Shown here in pieces: positions 37,854 through 47,921 of a stretch of 64,000 bases of DNA. Under the pieces are notes generated by a model. That model ran no database searches, was not told the origin of the DNA, and saw nothing but the letters and a program-made list of their open reading frames with translations. Location of the stretch: NCBI GenBank assembly GCA_963798085.1, contig CAWCRS010000007.1:256001-320000 (forward strand), in the 5' to 3' direction. The stretch comes from an uncultured Gemmatimonadales bacterium. GTDB lineage: Bacteria; Gemmatimonadota; Gemmatimonadetes; Longimicrobiales; RSA9. Each line of letters begins with the position of its first letter. Within the stretch, counting starts at the first letter, position 1. The position numbers and the translations under genes are program-made.

Positions 37854-39869
37854 ATGAGCCGAGCGCGCGAGGTGCCCGGTCTGACAGCCGTGCTGGGCGA
37901 GGCCAATGTCGTGAGCGGTGCGCGTGTCGAAGGCGATGGCCCCGCAGGCCGGCTGCCGCTGACGCCCGCAATGCTGCGCGAACGCCCGAGCGGCGACCTG
38001 TTCGGTCTCACGCAGAACGTGGGCATGGGCTGGAATCCCGCGGCGCTCGGCGGCGCGCAGTTCCTGATCCTCAGCACAATGGGTGGACTGCGCAGCGAGC
38101 AGGGCGAAGCCGTGGCGCTTGGCTATCACACGGGCCACTGGGAAATCGGACTGCTGGTGCGCCGCGCGGCCGAGACGTTGCGCGCGCACGGTGACGTTCC
38201 TTTTGCGGCGTACTGCAGTGATCCATGCGACGGCCGCACGCAGGGCACCACCGGCATGTTCGACAGTCTGCCCTACCGCAACGATGCGTCGCTGGTGATG
38301 CGCCGGTTGATCCGCTCGCTGCCCACCGCGCAGGGTGTGCTGGGCGTCGCTACCTGCGACAAGGGGTTGCCCGCGATGATGATGGCGCTCGCGGGATCCA
38401 CGTCGCTGCCCGGCGTGATCGTGCCGGGCGGTGTCACACTGCCCGCCACGGGTGCGGAGGACGCGGGTCAGGTGCAGAGCCTGGGCGCGCGTTTTTCCCG
38501 CGACCTGATCAGTCTCGACTACGCCGCGACGATGGGCTGCCGCGCGTGCGGCTCGGCGGGTGGCGGCTGTCAGTTCCTGGGCACCGCCGCAACATCGCAG
38601 GTGGTGGCCGAAGCGCTGGGCATGGCGTTGCCGCACAGCGCGCTCTCGCCTTCGGGTGAGCCGGTCTGGCTGGAGCTGGCCGAGCGCTCTGCCGTAGCGC
38701 TGCACCGGTTGTACGGCCTGGGACACACCATGGCCGGCATCCTCAGCGACCACGCGGTGGAGAACGCACTGCTGGTGCACGCCGCGTTCGGGGGCTCGAC
38801 TAACCTGCTGTTGCACATCCCCGCGATCGCGCACGCGGCCGGTCTGCGACTGCCCGCGGTGGAGGACTGGATCCGCGCCAGTCGTGCCACCCCCCGGCTG
38901 GTCGATGCCCTGCCCAACGGGCCCCGCGGTCATCCCACCGTGCAGGTCTTCATGGCGGGCGGCGTGCCCGAGGTGATGCTGCACCTGCGCGCCATGGGCC
39001 TGATGCACGTTGATGTCCTGACCGCGACGGGCGACACGCTCGGCACCACCCTGGACTGGTGGGAATCGAGTGCGCGGCGACGCGCCGCAAAGGCACGGTT
39101 AGCCGCGGCCGCCGCCGTCGATCCGGACGCCGTGATCCTGTCGCCGGATGCCGCACGGAAGGCGGGTCTCACCGGCACGCTCGTCTTCCCGGTCGGCAAC
39201 ATCGCGCCGCAGGGCTCGGTGGTGAAAGCCACGGCCATTGATGCGGCCGTGGTGCACGAAGGCGAGTACCGGCACCGCGGCCCGGCGAGGGTTTTCGCGG
39301 ACGAGCGCGCCGCGATCGCGGCGGTGAAGGGCGCGGGCCAGCCGGCCATCCAGCCCGGCGATGTGATCGTGCTGATGGGCGCGGGCCCGTCCGGCACGGG
39401 CATGGAGGAAGTCGCGCAGATCACCACGGCGCTCCGCTACCTGCCATTCGGCAGGGAAGTGGCGCTCCTCACGGATGGCCGCTTCTCCGGCTTCTCGACG
39501 GGCGCATGCATTGGCCACATCGGCCCGGAAGCACTGCACGACGGCCCCATTGGGCGGCTGCGCGATGGCGACACGATCGAGATCGTGATCGACCGTACCT
39601 CGCTGACCGGTTCCGTGAACCTGGTGGGGGCGGCAGGCGAAGCGCTGGACCCGGCGGCTGCAAAAGCGCTGTTAGATCGGCGCGATCCCCATCCGGCACT
39701 CGCGCCGCAGCCGAAGCTGCCCGCGGACACGCGACTCTGGGCCGCGCTGCAGCGCGCCAGCGGCGGCACCTGGGCGGGCTGCGTGTACGATGTGGAGCGC
39801 ATCACCGCGGCGCTCGAGTCCGCCACGCGCTCGACGCCGGGTGCTGCATTGGCGCTGGCCGAACCATGA
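37854..39869 (+). CDS. YjhG/YagF family D-xylonate dehydratase
   Basis: [67 protein letters not shown]. Confidence 0.92.
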   Translation: MSRAREVPGLTAVLGEANVVSGARVEGDGPAGRLPLTPAMLRERPSGDLFGLTQNVGMGWNPAALGGAQFLILSTMGGLRSEQGEAVALGYHTGHWEIGLLVRRAAETLRAHGDVPFAAYCSDPCDGRTQGTTGMFDSLPYRNDASLVMRRLIRSLPTAQGVLGVATCDKGLPAMMMALAGSTSLPGVIVPGGVTLPATGAEDAGQVQSLGARFSRDLISLDYAATMGCRACGSAGGGCQFLGTAATSQVVAEALGMALPHSALSPSGEPVWLELAERSAVALHRLYGLGHTMAGILSDHAVENALLVHAAFGGSTNLLLHIPAIAHAAGLRLPAVEDWIRASRATPRLVDALPNGPRGHPTVQVFMAGGVPEVMLHLRAMGLMHVDVLTATGDTLGTTLDWWESSARRRAAKARLAAAAAVDPDAVILSPDAARKAGLTGTLVFPVGNIAPQGSVVKATAIDAAVVHEGEYRHRGPARVFADERAAIAAVKGAGQPAIQPGDVIVLMGAGPSGTGMEEVAQITTALRYLPFGREVALLTDGRFSGFSTGACIGHIGPEALHDGPIGRLRDGDTIEIVIDRTSLTGSVNLVGAAGEALDPAAAKALLDRRDPHPALAPQPKLPADTRLWAALQRASGGTWAGCVYDVERITAALESATRSTPGAALALAEP

Positions 39870-40744
39870 GCGCGCCCGTACTGAAACTGCACAGGACGGC
39901 GGCCGGCGTGGTGCTGGAGCGCGCTGGCGTGCTCATTCCGCTGACCGAATCGTGGGACGCGCTGATCAGCCACGCCGCACTGCACGACTACCTCGCCCAC
40001 CTGGATGGCGGGCGCAACCCGGGCGACGAACGCACTCGCCGCGCGACCGGTCGTGACGCGTGGGCCGGCGGCGCGCTTGTCGATGCACTGGCGCCGGTCG
40101 GCTCGCAGGAAGTCTGGGCGGCGGGTGTCACCTGGCAGCGCAGTCGCGCCGCACGCATGGAGGAGTCGCGCAATGCGGGCGGCGGCTCGTTCTACGATCG
40201 CGTTTACGAGGCGGAGCGGCCCGAGCTGTTCTTCAAGGCCAATGCCTGGCGGGTGCGCGGACCGGGTCAGGCGATCCGCGTGCGCCGCGACGCGCGCTGG
40301 AGCGTGCCCGAGCCGGAACTCGCTGTTTGCGCCAATGCACAAGGCGAGGTGATCGGGTATACCATCGCGAACGATGTCAGCTCGCGCGACATCGAGGGCG
40401 AGAATCCGCTCTACCTGCCGCAGGCGAAGATCTACGACGGCGCGTGCGCGCTGGGGCCCGCGCTGCTCGTCACCCCCGTAATGCTGCCGCCGGAAACGCG
40501 CATTGCATTGCGCATCGTGCGCGAAGGCAACATTGCGTTCGAGGACGCAACCACGCTGGACCGCCTGCGCAGGACGCCGACCGAACTCGTCGCCTGGCTC
40601 TTTCGTGAGCTGAATTTTCCGAATGGCTGCGTACTGCTCACGGGCACCGGCATCGTGCCGCCGGACGCGTTCACACTGCAGTCCGGCGATGAAGTGACGA
40701 TCGCGATCCCGCCCATCGGCGCGCTGACCAACCGCGTCGAATGA
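39866..40744 (+). CDS. FAH-family 2-keto-3-deoxy-xylonate dehydratase (XylX/KdxD-like)
   Basis: [52 protein letters not shown] overlap. Confidence 0.88.
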   Translation: MSAPVLKLHRTAAGVVLERAGVLIPLTESWDALISHAALHDYLAHLDGGRNPGDERTRRATGRDAWAGGALVDALAPVGSQEVWAAGVTWQRSRAARMEESRNAGGGSFYDRVYEAERPELFFKANAWRVRGPGQAIRVRRDARWSVPEPELAVCANAQGEVIGYTIANDVSSRDIEGENPLYLPQAKIYDGACALGPALLVTPVMLPPETRIALRIVREGNIAFEDATTLDRLRRTPTELVAWLFRELNFPNGCVLLTGTGIVPPDAFTLQSGDEVTIAIPPIGALTNRVE

Positions 40745-40767
40745 GCGACGGCCCGCCACGAGTCGCG

Positions 40768-43404
40768 TCAGCGTTGCCCTGACACGCTGATCGTCTGTTC
40801 CAGCCGCAGGTCCTCCGAGGAGGCACCCACGCGAATGCGCACGCGATCGTTCTCGACCGCCCATGCGTGCGTGCTCGTGTTCCAGTACGCGAGGGCGGAT
40901 GCCGCCAGCGGGAACTCGACCGTGCGCGTCTGGCCCGGCTGCAGCGTGATCCTTCTGTAGCCCTTCAGCTCACGGCGAGGTCGAGACACGGAAGAGTTGA
41001 CGTGTTCGACGTAGAGCTGAACCACTTCGTCGCCCGCACGCTTCCCGGTGTTCGACACGTTGACGCGTACGCTGATGCTGCCATTGGCTGCCAGCGTCTG
41101 CGCGCTGGTCTGCAGGCCGCTGTAGCGGAAGGTCGCATAGCTGAGGCCGTAGCCGAACGGATAGAGCGGCGTGCCCTGGAAGAAGCGGTACGTGCGGCCG
41201 GCCATGTCGTAGTCGTCGAAGGCGGGCAGGTCGCTGACGCTGCGATAGAAGGTGACGGGCAGCCTGCCGCCGGGGTTGTAGTCGCCGAACAGCACATTGG
41301 CCAGCGCCGTGCCCGCGGCCTGGCCGCCGTACCACGCTTCCACGATGGCGGGCACGTGTTCCTGCGCCCAGTTGATGGCGAGCGCACTGCCGTTCAGGAG
41401 CACCAGCACGGTGGGCTTGCCCAGCGCGACGATGCGCTCGAGCAGCTGCTCCTGCGTGGCCGGCAGCTGCAGATCCGTGCGGTCGCCGCCGCGGAACCCC
41501 TGGATCTGGATGGGCATCTCCTCGCCTTCCAAACGAGCTGTCAGGCCGAGGCACAGCACCACGGCATCGGCCTGCTGCGCGGCGCTCACGGCCTGTGCCT
41601 CGAGGTCGGTGCCGGCGCCGGCCCAGACCAGTTGCGCCTGGGCATCGCCGTACGATTCCTGTGCGTCCACACGCAGGCGATAGGTCCTCCCCGCCTGCAG
41701 CTGCAGCTCCGGCGTGGCCGTCAGGCGAGGATCGCCGAACTCGTCGCGGTAGTTGTAGACAGAACGCGCGACCACGCTGTCATCCAGGAACAGCTGGAAC
41801 TTGACGGTGGAGATCACGCCCAGTCGGTAGGCGCCCGTGCGCGGCGGGCGCAGCGTGCCGGTCCAGCGCACACCGAAGTCATCGGCGTCCATGTCCGCGC
41901 GCGGCGCCTGGTCGCGCCAGTTCGCATCCAGCGTACTGTCGGTGCCGGTGAAGAGCGGCTGGCCCTGCAGGTCGCGGCTGCGGAAGTACTCCACGTGCAG
42001 GCCGGGCCCGCCCTGCGGCGTGAACAGCACGTTAGCAGGAACCACATCGTACATGGGGAAGCCGTCGGCCAGGTCGGCACCACGCGCGTAGAGCACACGC
42101 GTGCGCGGGCCCACCGCCGCGCGAATGCCACGCAGCGGCGTGATCGGATCGGCCGGCATGCCATTGTAGTTGCCCAGCAGCATCAGCCACTGGTCCGCGT
42201 TGGGACCGATTACTGCCAGCGTGCCCAGGTCCTTGCGCAGCGGCAGCACGCCGCCCTCGTTCTTCAGCAGCACGATCGACTCGCGCGCCAGCTGCCGCGC
42301 CAGCTCGCGATGCGCGGGGGCGTCCACCACGCTGTAGGGGATGCGCGCGTACGCCACGCGATCATCAGGATCGAACATGCCCAGCCGGAAGCGCGCCGTG
42401 AACAGGCGAGTTACCGCGGTGTCGATGTCGGCTTCCGCGATCAGGCCCTGGTGCACCGCATCGACCAGACTCTGGTAGGTGTTGCCGCAGTCGAGGTCCG
42501 TGCCCGCCTTCACACTGGCGGCCGAAGCAGCCGCCGCGCTCGCCGCGGTCTTGTGATGCTGCCAGATGTCGGCAATCGCATCACAGTCCGACACGACGTA
42601 GCCGGAGAACCCCCAGTCGCCACGCAGGATGTCGTGCAGCAGCGTGTCGCTCGCGCACGCGGGTTTGCCATAAACCCGATTGTATGCGCACATGAGCGAG
42701 TACGCGCCACCCTGCTCTATGCCCATGCGGAATTGCGCGAGATAGCTCTCGTGGAAGTCGCGCTCGCTCACCACGGCGTCGAACTCGTGGCGCTCCGGCT
42801 CCGGTCCGCTGTGCACGGCGAAATGCTTCACCGTGGAGACCGTCTTCAGGTATTTCGGGTCGTTGCCCTGCAGTCCATGAATGAACTGCACCGCCAGGCT
42901 GCCCGTCAGAAACGGATCCTCGCCGTAGGTCTCCTGGCCGCGCCCCCAGCGCGGATCGCGGAACAGATTGATGTTGGGGGACCAGATGGTGAGCCCCTGA
43001 TAGCGCAGGCGCTTGCCCTCTCGCACATACTGCTCGTACTTCGCGCGCGCCTCGTCCGAGATGACCGATGCCATGCGGAAGACCAGGCTGTCATTCCAGG
43101 TCGCCGCGAAACCGATGGCCTGCGGGAACGATGTCGCCAGCCCGGAGCGCGCCACACCGTGCAGCGCTTCGTTCCACCAGTTGTATTCGGGAATGCCCAG
43201 CCGATCGATCGCAGGCGCGCGGTCCACCATCTGCGAGACCTTCTCCTCCAGCGTCATGCGCCCGACCAGATCCCTCACGCGCTGCGCGACGGGCAGATCG
43301 GGGTTCTGATAATCGGGCTGTTGTGCCAGGAGGCGCCCGCCTAACAGGGCGCAAGGAAGCAGGGGGCCGAGCGTCACGAGGGCCAGCCGTCGTAGCGCGC
43401 GCAT
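40768..43404 (-). CDS. GH3 beta-xylosidase/glucosidase with PA14 and Fn3-like domains, secreted
   Basis: WWNEALHG, RDPRWGRGQET.GED, KHFAVH, VVSDC nucleophile, EGEE. Confidence 0.92.
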   Translation of the reverse strand: MRALRRLALVTLGPLLPCALLGGRLLAQQPDYQNPDLPVAQRVRDLVGRMTLEEKVSQMVDRAPAIDRLGIPEYNWWNEALHGVARSGLATSFPQAIGFAATWNDSLVFRMASVISDEARAKYEQYVREGKRLRYQGLTIWSPNINLFRDPRWGRGQETYGEDPFLTGSLAVQFIHGLQGNDPKYLKTVSTVKHFAVHSGPEPERHEFDAVVSERDFHESYLAQFRMGIEQGGAYSLMCAYNRVYGKPACASDTLLHDILRGDWGFSGYVVSDCDAIADIWQHHKTAASAAAASAASVKAGTDLDCGNTYQSLVDAVHQGLIAEADIDTAVTRLFTARFRLGMFDPDDRVAYARIPYSVVDAPAHRELARQLARESIVLLKNEGGVLPLRKDLGTLAVIGPNADQWLMLLGNYNGMPADPITPLRGIRAAVGPRTRVLYARGADLADGFPMYDVVPANVLFTPQGGPGLHVEYFRSRDLQGQPLFTGTDSTLDANWRDQAPRADMDADDFGVRWTGTLRPPRTGAYRLGVISTVKFQLFLDDSVVARSVYNYRDEFGDPRLTATPELQLQAGRTYRLRVDAQESYGDAQAQLVWAGAGTDLEAQAVSAAQQADAVVLCLGLTARLEGEEMPIQIQGFRGGDRTDLQLPATQEQLLERIVALGKPTVLVLLNGSALAINWAQEHVPAIVEAWYGGQAAGTALANVLFGDYNPGGRLPVTFYRSVSDLPAFDDYDMAGRTYRFFQGTPLYPFGYGLSYATFRYSGLQTSAQTLAANGSISVRVNVSNTGKRAGDEVVQLYVEHVNSSVSRPRRELKGYRRITLQPGQTRTVEFPLAASALAYWNTSTHAWAVENDRVRIRVGASSEDLRLEQTISVSGQR

Positions 43405-43609
43405 GCGTCCTCCAGTGCATCCGGTGAATCTCACGGTGACGCCGTCGGGCCCGGTTCGCGGCCGGGTCGGCGAGCCGGGTGGTCAGGCGGCTGGTACTCA
43501 TATGATGACTTGGTGAGCCGGCGCAAGGGCCGGCACAACCTCATGTTCCCGACGCTGGCGTTACCCACGCGGACCTGCAGACGCGGGAGGAGCAGGGCGA
43601 CCGAAAAAA

Positions 43610-45124
43610 TCAACGTTCAGGCTCCAGCCGCAGCACACCCGTTGCCATGGCGCCAGCCGACGAACCCCGCAGCACGGCCCCGCCCACGCCGCTCTCGAGC
43701 CGGTAGCGTTCCGCGATCGCGTCAACGGTCTCACCCGCGCCTCGCCGGCCCAGCACAGCGACCACGCCGCCATTGCCGCCGCCCGTGATGCGCGCACCGA
43801 AGAGGCCGCGTTCGGGACCGGCTTCGCGCACCAGCTCGACCAGACGGTCCGTGCCCGTGGAGCCCAACCCGCAGGCGCCGTAGCTGGCGTGGGACAGCTC
43901 GAGCAGCTGACCCAGCAGGGCGGCGCGTTCTTCTAACTGCATGTTATAGGCGACGACAGCGTCCCGATCCGCCGGCGCGTCCGTCCCGCCTGGTGACGCC
44001 AGGCTCTCGAGCAGCGCGCGGAACAGGCGCACACGCTGGTGCTCGTGTATGGGATGCGCGGTGGGCTGGCGCACGCGGTACAGGCGAGCGGGATCCACGG
44101 TCGTCACGGCGTCCGTGGTGCCGCCGTAGCGGGCGAGGAACTCGATGCCGGACAGTGACTCGGGGACAGCCGCGCGGAAGCGCTGCTCCCACTCCAAAGG
44201 TGGGATGCTGGCGAGGTAGCCGTGCCAGTGCGGGTCGCGGATGCGGACGCGGCCGGGGCAGTCCGTGAGCGGAACGATTTCGAGTCGCGCACATTCGGCA
44301 ATAATGCGATAGCCCATGAACGCGCCCACGCGCACCGACGTGTACGCGGTGCCGCTCACGTCATGGCCAATGCCCGAGTCGATGCCCCAGACTTCGAGGT
44401 CACGCGGCAGCGCCACGGTTGGCTGCAGCTCGGCGGGCTGGCACAGCAGTGCCAGCAGTCTGTCGGCCTCGCCGCAGGCTGCGGTCATTTGATCCATGAT
44501 GCCGCAGGGTGCGCCCACCACCAGGTTCTCGGCACGCTGGCAGAGTGTGGCCAGTTCCGGTCCCGTCAGCGCAACGTCGTACAACGCGGCCACGGCCTGC
44601 AGGGTGGCGACTTCAATGGCGGCGGAGGAGCTGACGCCGCCGCCCGGCGGCACGGTCGAGTCGAGCAGAACGCGCAATCCACGTTCGAGTCGCAGACTGT
44701 GCGCATGCGCCACCACCAGCAGCACGCCCGCGATGTAGGCGGCCCAGCGGCTGGCGGGATCGCTGCCGAGCAGCGCGCGCGCTTCCTCGAAGCCAATGGG
44801 CCGGCCGCCCGGCGCCAGCTCGGCGAGAGGGACTGTGACTTCGGCGCTGCCGCCGAACCCTGCGGCCTGGAGGCTGCGCATGCTAATGACGGATTTGGCC
44901 TGTTGCTGGACGGCGGCGCACGCCGCCACGGCGAGAGGCAGCTGGAGCACGAGCGCACCGCTGTAGTCGGCAACGCCGCCCATGACGTCGAGGCGGCCAG
45001 GCGCGCGCCCCACGAACAGCGGGCTGTGCGCGTCGAAGAAATCCTGGTGCCTGTGGATGGTGTCGAGGAAGCCGGCCAGGCCGGGCGCCAGCCGCTGCGA
45101 CTGCGGAGCCGTTCGCCAGCTCAT
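43610..45124 (-). CDS. GHMP sugar kinase, plant L-arabinokinase (ARA1) kinase-domain-like
   Basis: RAPGRLDVMGGVADYSG.LVLQ, GVSSSAAIEVA, VVGAPCGIMDQM..ACG, CQPAE, VRVGAFMG, SHASY..CGLGS.GTD, GARITGGG.GG. Confidence 0.8.
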   Translation of the reverse strand: MSWRTAPQSQRLAPGLAGFLDTIHRHQDFFDAHSPLFVGRAPGRLDVMGGVADYSGALVLQLPLAVAACAAVQQQAKSVISMRSLQAAGFGGSAEVTVPLAELAPGGRPIGFEEARALLGSDPASRWAAYIAGVLLVVAHAHSLRLERGLRVLLDSTVPPGGGVSSSAAIEVATLQAVAALYDVALTGPELATLCQRAENLVVGAPCGIMDQMTAACGEADRLLALLCQPAELQPTVALPRDLEVWGIDSGIGHDVSGTAYTSVRVGAFMGYRIIAECARLEIVPLTDCPGRVRIRDPHWHGYLASIPPLEWEQRFRAAVPESLSGIEFLARYGGTTDAVTTVDPARLYRVRQPTAHPIHEHQRVRLFRALLESLASPGGTDAPADRDAVVAYNMQLEERAALLGQLLELSHASYGACGLGSTGTDRLVELVREAGPERGLFGARITGGGNGGVVAVLGRRGAGETVDAIAERYRLESGVGGAVLRGSSAGAMATGVLRLEPER

Positions 45125-45134
45125 GTCGCGCTCC

Positions 45135-46148
45135 TCAGAGGAGTCCGTGTCGGGTGAGTGCCGCGCCGAGTGCCGGCCGCACGAGTGCCGCGATGGCGGC
45201 GTTGGCGTAGCCGGTCCACGCAATGTTGCTGTCGACGTCGAGCGGTGAAGTGAGCGGCTCGCCCGTCGCATCACCCACAATGACGCCGGCCTCGCGCGCG
45301 ATCAGCTCGGTGCACAGGTCGTAGGCATGGCAGCAGAGCGAGGGGGGCAGCCCGCGCAGGCGCAGCACGGGCGCAATCAGCGGGCGCAGGTCGGCGACCC
45401 AGCGGTCGTGGCCCATGATCAGCTCGTACAGCTGGCCGCCGGTGCACAGGTACTGGTCCTCGAACGATGCGGGCACGCCGGGCGCCGGCGGCCCCAGCAC
45501 GGTGGCGATCACATCCTCATCGACCGCGGCGAGCACGTCACGCGCGCCGGGGAAGAAGCGCGCCAGTTCACCGAAGCCCTGCGCGATGCCGGCCGCTTTC
45601 GATGGCTGCGGCTGCAGCGGCGTCGTCACCCCTGACAATCTGTTATACCGTTGCCCGCGCACGCCCTGTCCACGCTGCGCCCACAGCACATCGCAGAGAT
45701 GCTGCTTGACCAGCGGAATCTCGGTCATGACGGCCAGCTCAATGGCGTCCAGCCCGGTGGCGGTGCCGAGGTTGGGCGCCACACCCGTCAGGATCCACGC
45801 GGGCCGCTTCTGGTACATGAGGCCGCGCGTGCCATCAATGGGGTCGACGATAATCCGCAGTTCGGCATCGGCCGCGCGTGTCCCTGCGGGCAGCGTGACC
45901 TCGCCGGTGTCGCCCAGGCCCTCGGCCACGAGCACGCAGGACCACTCGTCAGCGAGAGCGCCGAACTGTTCCAGCAGCACGCTCTCGGAGATCCTGTCAA
46001 TGGCGAAGATCGTGTCGCCAGCGTGCATGCCCAGCGGCGCCGCCATTTCCTCGAGCGTGGCGCGCTCGCAGGCGGCGACCACCGTGTCACGGATGGAAGC
46101 GTGCAGCCCCCGAATGCGCTCGCACAACGCGTCCGCGTTGCGGATCAT
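45135..46148 (-). CDS. Inositol monophosphatase/FBPase-fold sugar phosphatase
   Basis: AEG, IVDPIDGTRG, HAYD metal-binding motifs. Confidence 0.8.
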   Translation of the reverse strand: MIRNADALCERIRGLHASIRDTVVAACERATLEEMAAPLGMHAGDTIFAIDRISESVLLEQFGALADEWSCVLVAEGLGDTGEVTLPAGTRAADAELRIIVDPIDGTRGLMYQKRPAWILTGVAPNLGTATGLDAIELAVMTEIPLVKQHLCDVLWAQRGQGVRGQRYNRLSGVTTPLQPQPSKAAGIAQGFGELARFFPGARDVLAAVDEDVIATVLGPPAPGVPASFEDQYLCTGGQLYELIMGHDRWVADLRPLIAPVLRLRGLPPSLCCHAYDLCTELIAREAGVIVGDATGEPLTSPLDVDSNIAWTGYANAAIAALVRPALGAALTRHGLL

Positions 46149-47210
46149 GATGCGTCCTGCACGAGGCGGAAATGCGTTGTCGACTGTGCGCGCAGCTCGG
46201 CTGCTTTTTCCTCCGGCGCCGTATCGCTCAGGAAATTGCCGCCGCCGATCTCGGGCCCTGCCAGGTATTTCAGTGTCGCCGGCTTGCGCAGTGGCGGCAG
46301 GAACCCGATGTAGAAGTGATAATCCTGATGCTCCTTCCCGTCCGTGGGCGCCTGGTGCAGCGGCATCACGTAGGGGAACGATGTCCGCCAGAGGTTGTCG
46401 TAGCGTACGGTGACGTCGCGCAGCGCGTGCGCCAGGCTGCTCACCTCCTCGTCGTGCAGCGCGTACACATGGGGCACGGTGCGCCGCGGCGCCACGTACA
46501 CTTCGTACGCATAGCGCGCGAACCAGGGCACAAAGCTGACCACGTGTTCGTCCTGGTAGAGTATGCGACGACCGTCCCTCAGCTCCGCGTCAATGATATC
46601 GGCGAACAGGCTGCGTCCGCGTTCCTCGCGGTAGCGACGCTGCGCGGACTCCTCCGCATCGAACGTCTTCCACGTGAAGTTCGTGGCGTACACCTGGCCG
46701 TGCGGGTGCGGATTGGACACGCCTACCGCCTCGCCCTTGTTCTCGAAGATCAGGACCTGGCTGACTTCGGGCCGGTCGCCCAGCTCGCGCGTCTGGTGCT
46801 GCCACTCGCCGATGATCGACGTGATCTGCGGCACAGTCATTTCCGACATGGTCAGATCGTGGCGCGGGCTGTAGCAGAATGACACGCGCCATGCCGCGGG
46901 CGCGGCGCGCTCGCCATGGTGCCGGCAGCGCGCTCTCCACAATCTCCGGTGCGTCCGGCCCCACGCACGGCAGGTCGTTGTCGAACGCGAACAGCCCGCT
47001 GTAGTCCGGATTGGACGCGCCGCTAACGCGACGATTACGCGGGCACAGGTAGCAGTCGGCGTCGTACGCGGGCGGTCGTATGTCGTTGACCGACAGGCGC
47101 GCGCCGATCCAGGGGCGGTGCTGGCGGTGGGCTGCGACGATGATCCATTCTTCGCGCAGCGGGTGCCAGCGCTCTTCCCAGCAGCCTTCGGCTTGTGATG
47201 GTGCGTGCAT
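46145..47210 (-). CDS. galT: Galactose-1-phosphate uridylyltransferase-family protein, frameshifted near 46879
   Basis: RWHPL..EW....HRQ.RPW, CYLCP, FDND, FENKG..G.SNPHPHGQ. The two halves are in different frames. Confidence 0.88.
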
Positions 47211-47372
47211 TTCGTGCGAGTGATACGGTTTGCGCTGCGGCCAGCGGCGGCTCAATGTAGCCGTCGAGGCGGGTGGCCGCAGCCGGATCGGGCGCGGGCC
47301 ATTGTTCGAGGGGAGCTCTTGCCCCATTCTCAAGCAGTGCGCCTCGTTGCTGGCCTCCTCCAGGGGTAACCG

Positions 47373-47921
47373 ATGGAACGTCGTGAATTGCTGCGCAGCC
47401 TGGGCGCGGCCGCCGCGCTCTCCGTTGTGCCCCGCCATGCCGGAGCCGTCTGGACGCGGGTGGCATCATGGCAGCCCGCGACAGCGGGCCTGACGGAAGC
47501 GCAGCTCGCGCTCGTGTCGGCGCTCGCGGATACCATCATTCCACGCACGGATTCACCCGGCGCCCTGGATGTGGCCGTGCCCGCCTGGGTCGACGTGATC
47601 GTGTCGGAATACTACGCGGACGAGGAGCGCATTTCGTTCCTGTCAGGGCTGGATGCCATCGATGCGCTGGCCCGCACGACGGCAGGCGCTCCGTTCGCCC
47701 GGCTCACGGCAGCCGCGCGCGAGGCGGTGATGGCGGCGCTCGAGGATCGCGGCGACAGGCAGGCGCCCGAAGCACGAACGTACTGGCGGCTCAAGGGACT
47801 CGTGCTCCATGGCTACTTCACCAGCGAGCGTGTGCAGAAGGACGTGCTGCACTACGTGATCATGCCGGGTCGCTTCGATGGCAATGCGCCCATGCCGGCG
47901 CATGGAGGCGGCGATGCGTAA
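47373..47921 (+). CDS. Gluconate 2-dehydrogenase subunit 3 family protein (Tat)
   Basis: MERRELL, DTIIPRTDSPGA, GYFTSE, PGRFDG. Confidence 0.88.
   Translation: MERRELLRSLGAAAALSVVPRHAGAVWTRVASWQPATAGLTEAQLALVSALADTIIPRTDSPGALDVAVPAWVDVIVSEYYADEERISFLSGLDAIDALARTTAGAPFARLTAAAREAVMAALEDRGDRQAPEARTYWRLKGLVLHGYFTSERVQKDVLHYVIMPGRFDGNAPMPAHGGGDA

Noticed and set aside
40867..43344. 825-aa plus-strand ORF and similar long antisense ORFs (e.g. 17673-19106, 23504-25087, 50207-51805)
   Set aside because: They mirror well-supported genes on the other strand, have no motifs, and are expected in high-GC DNA.
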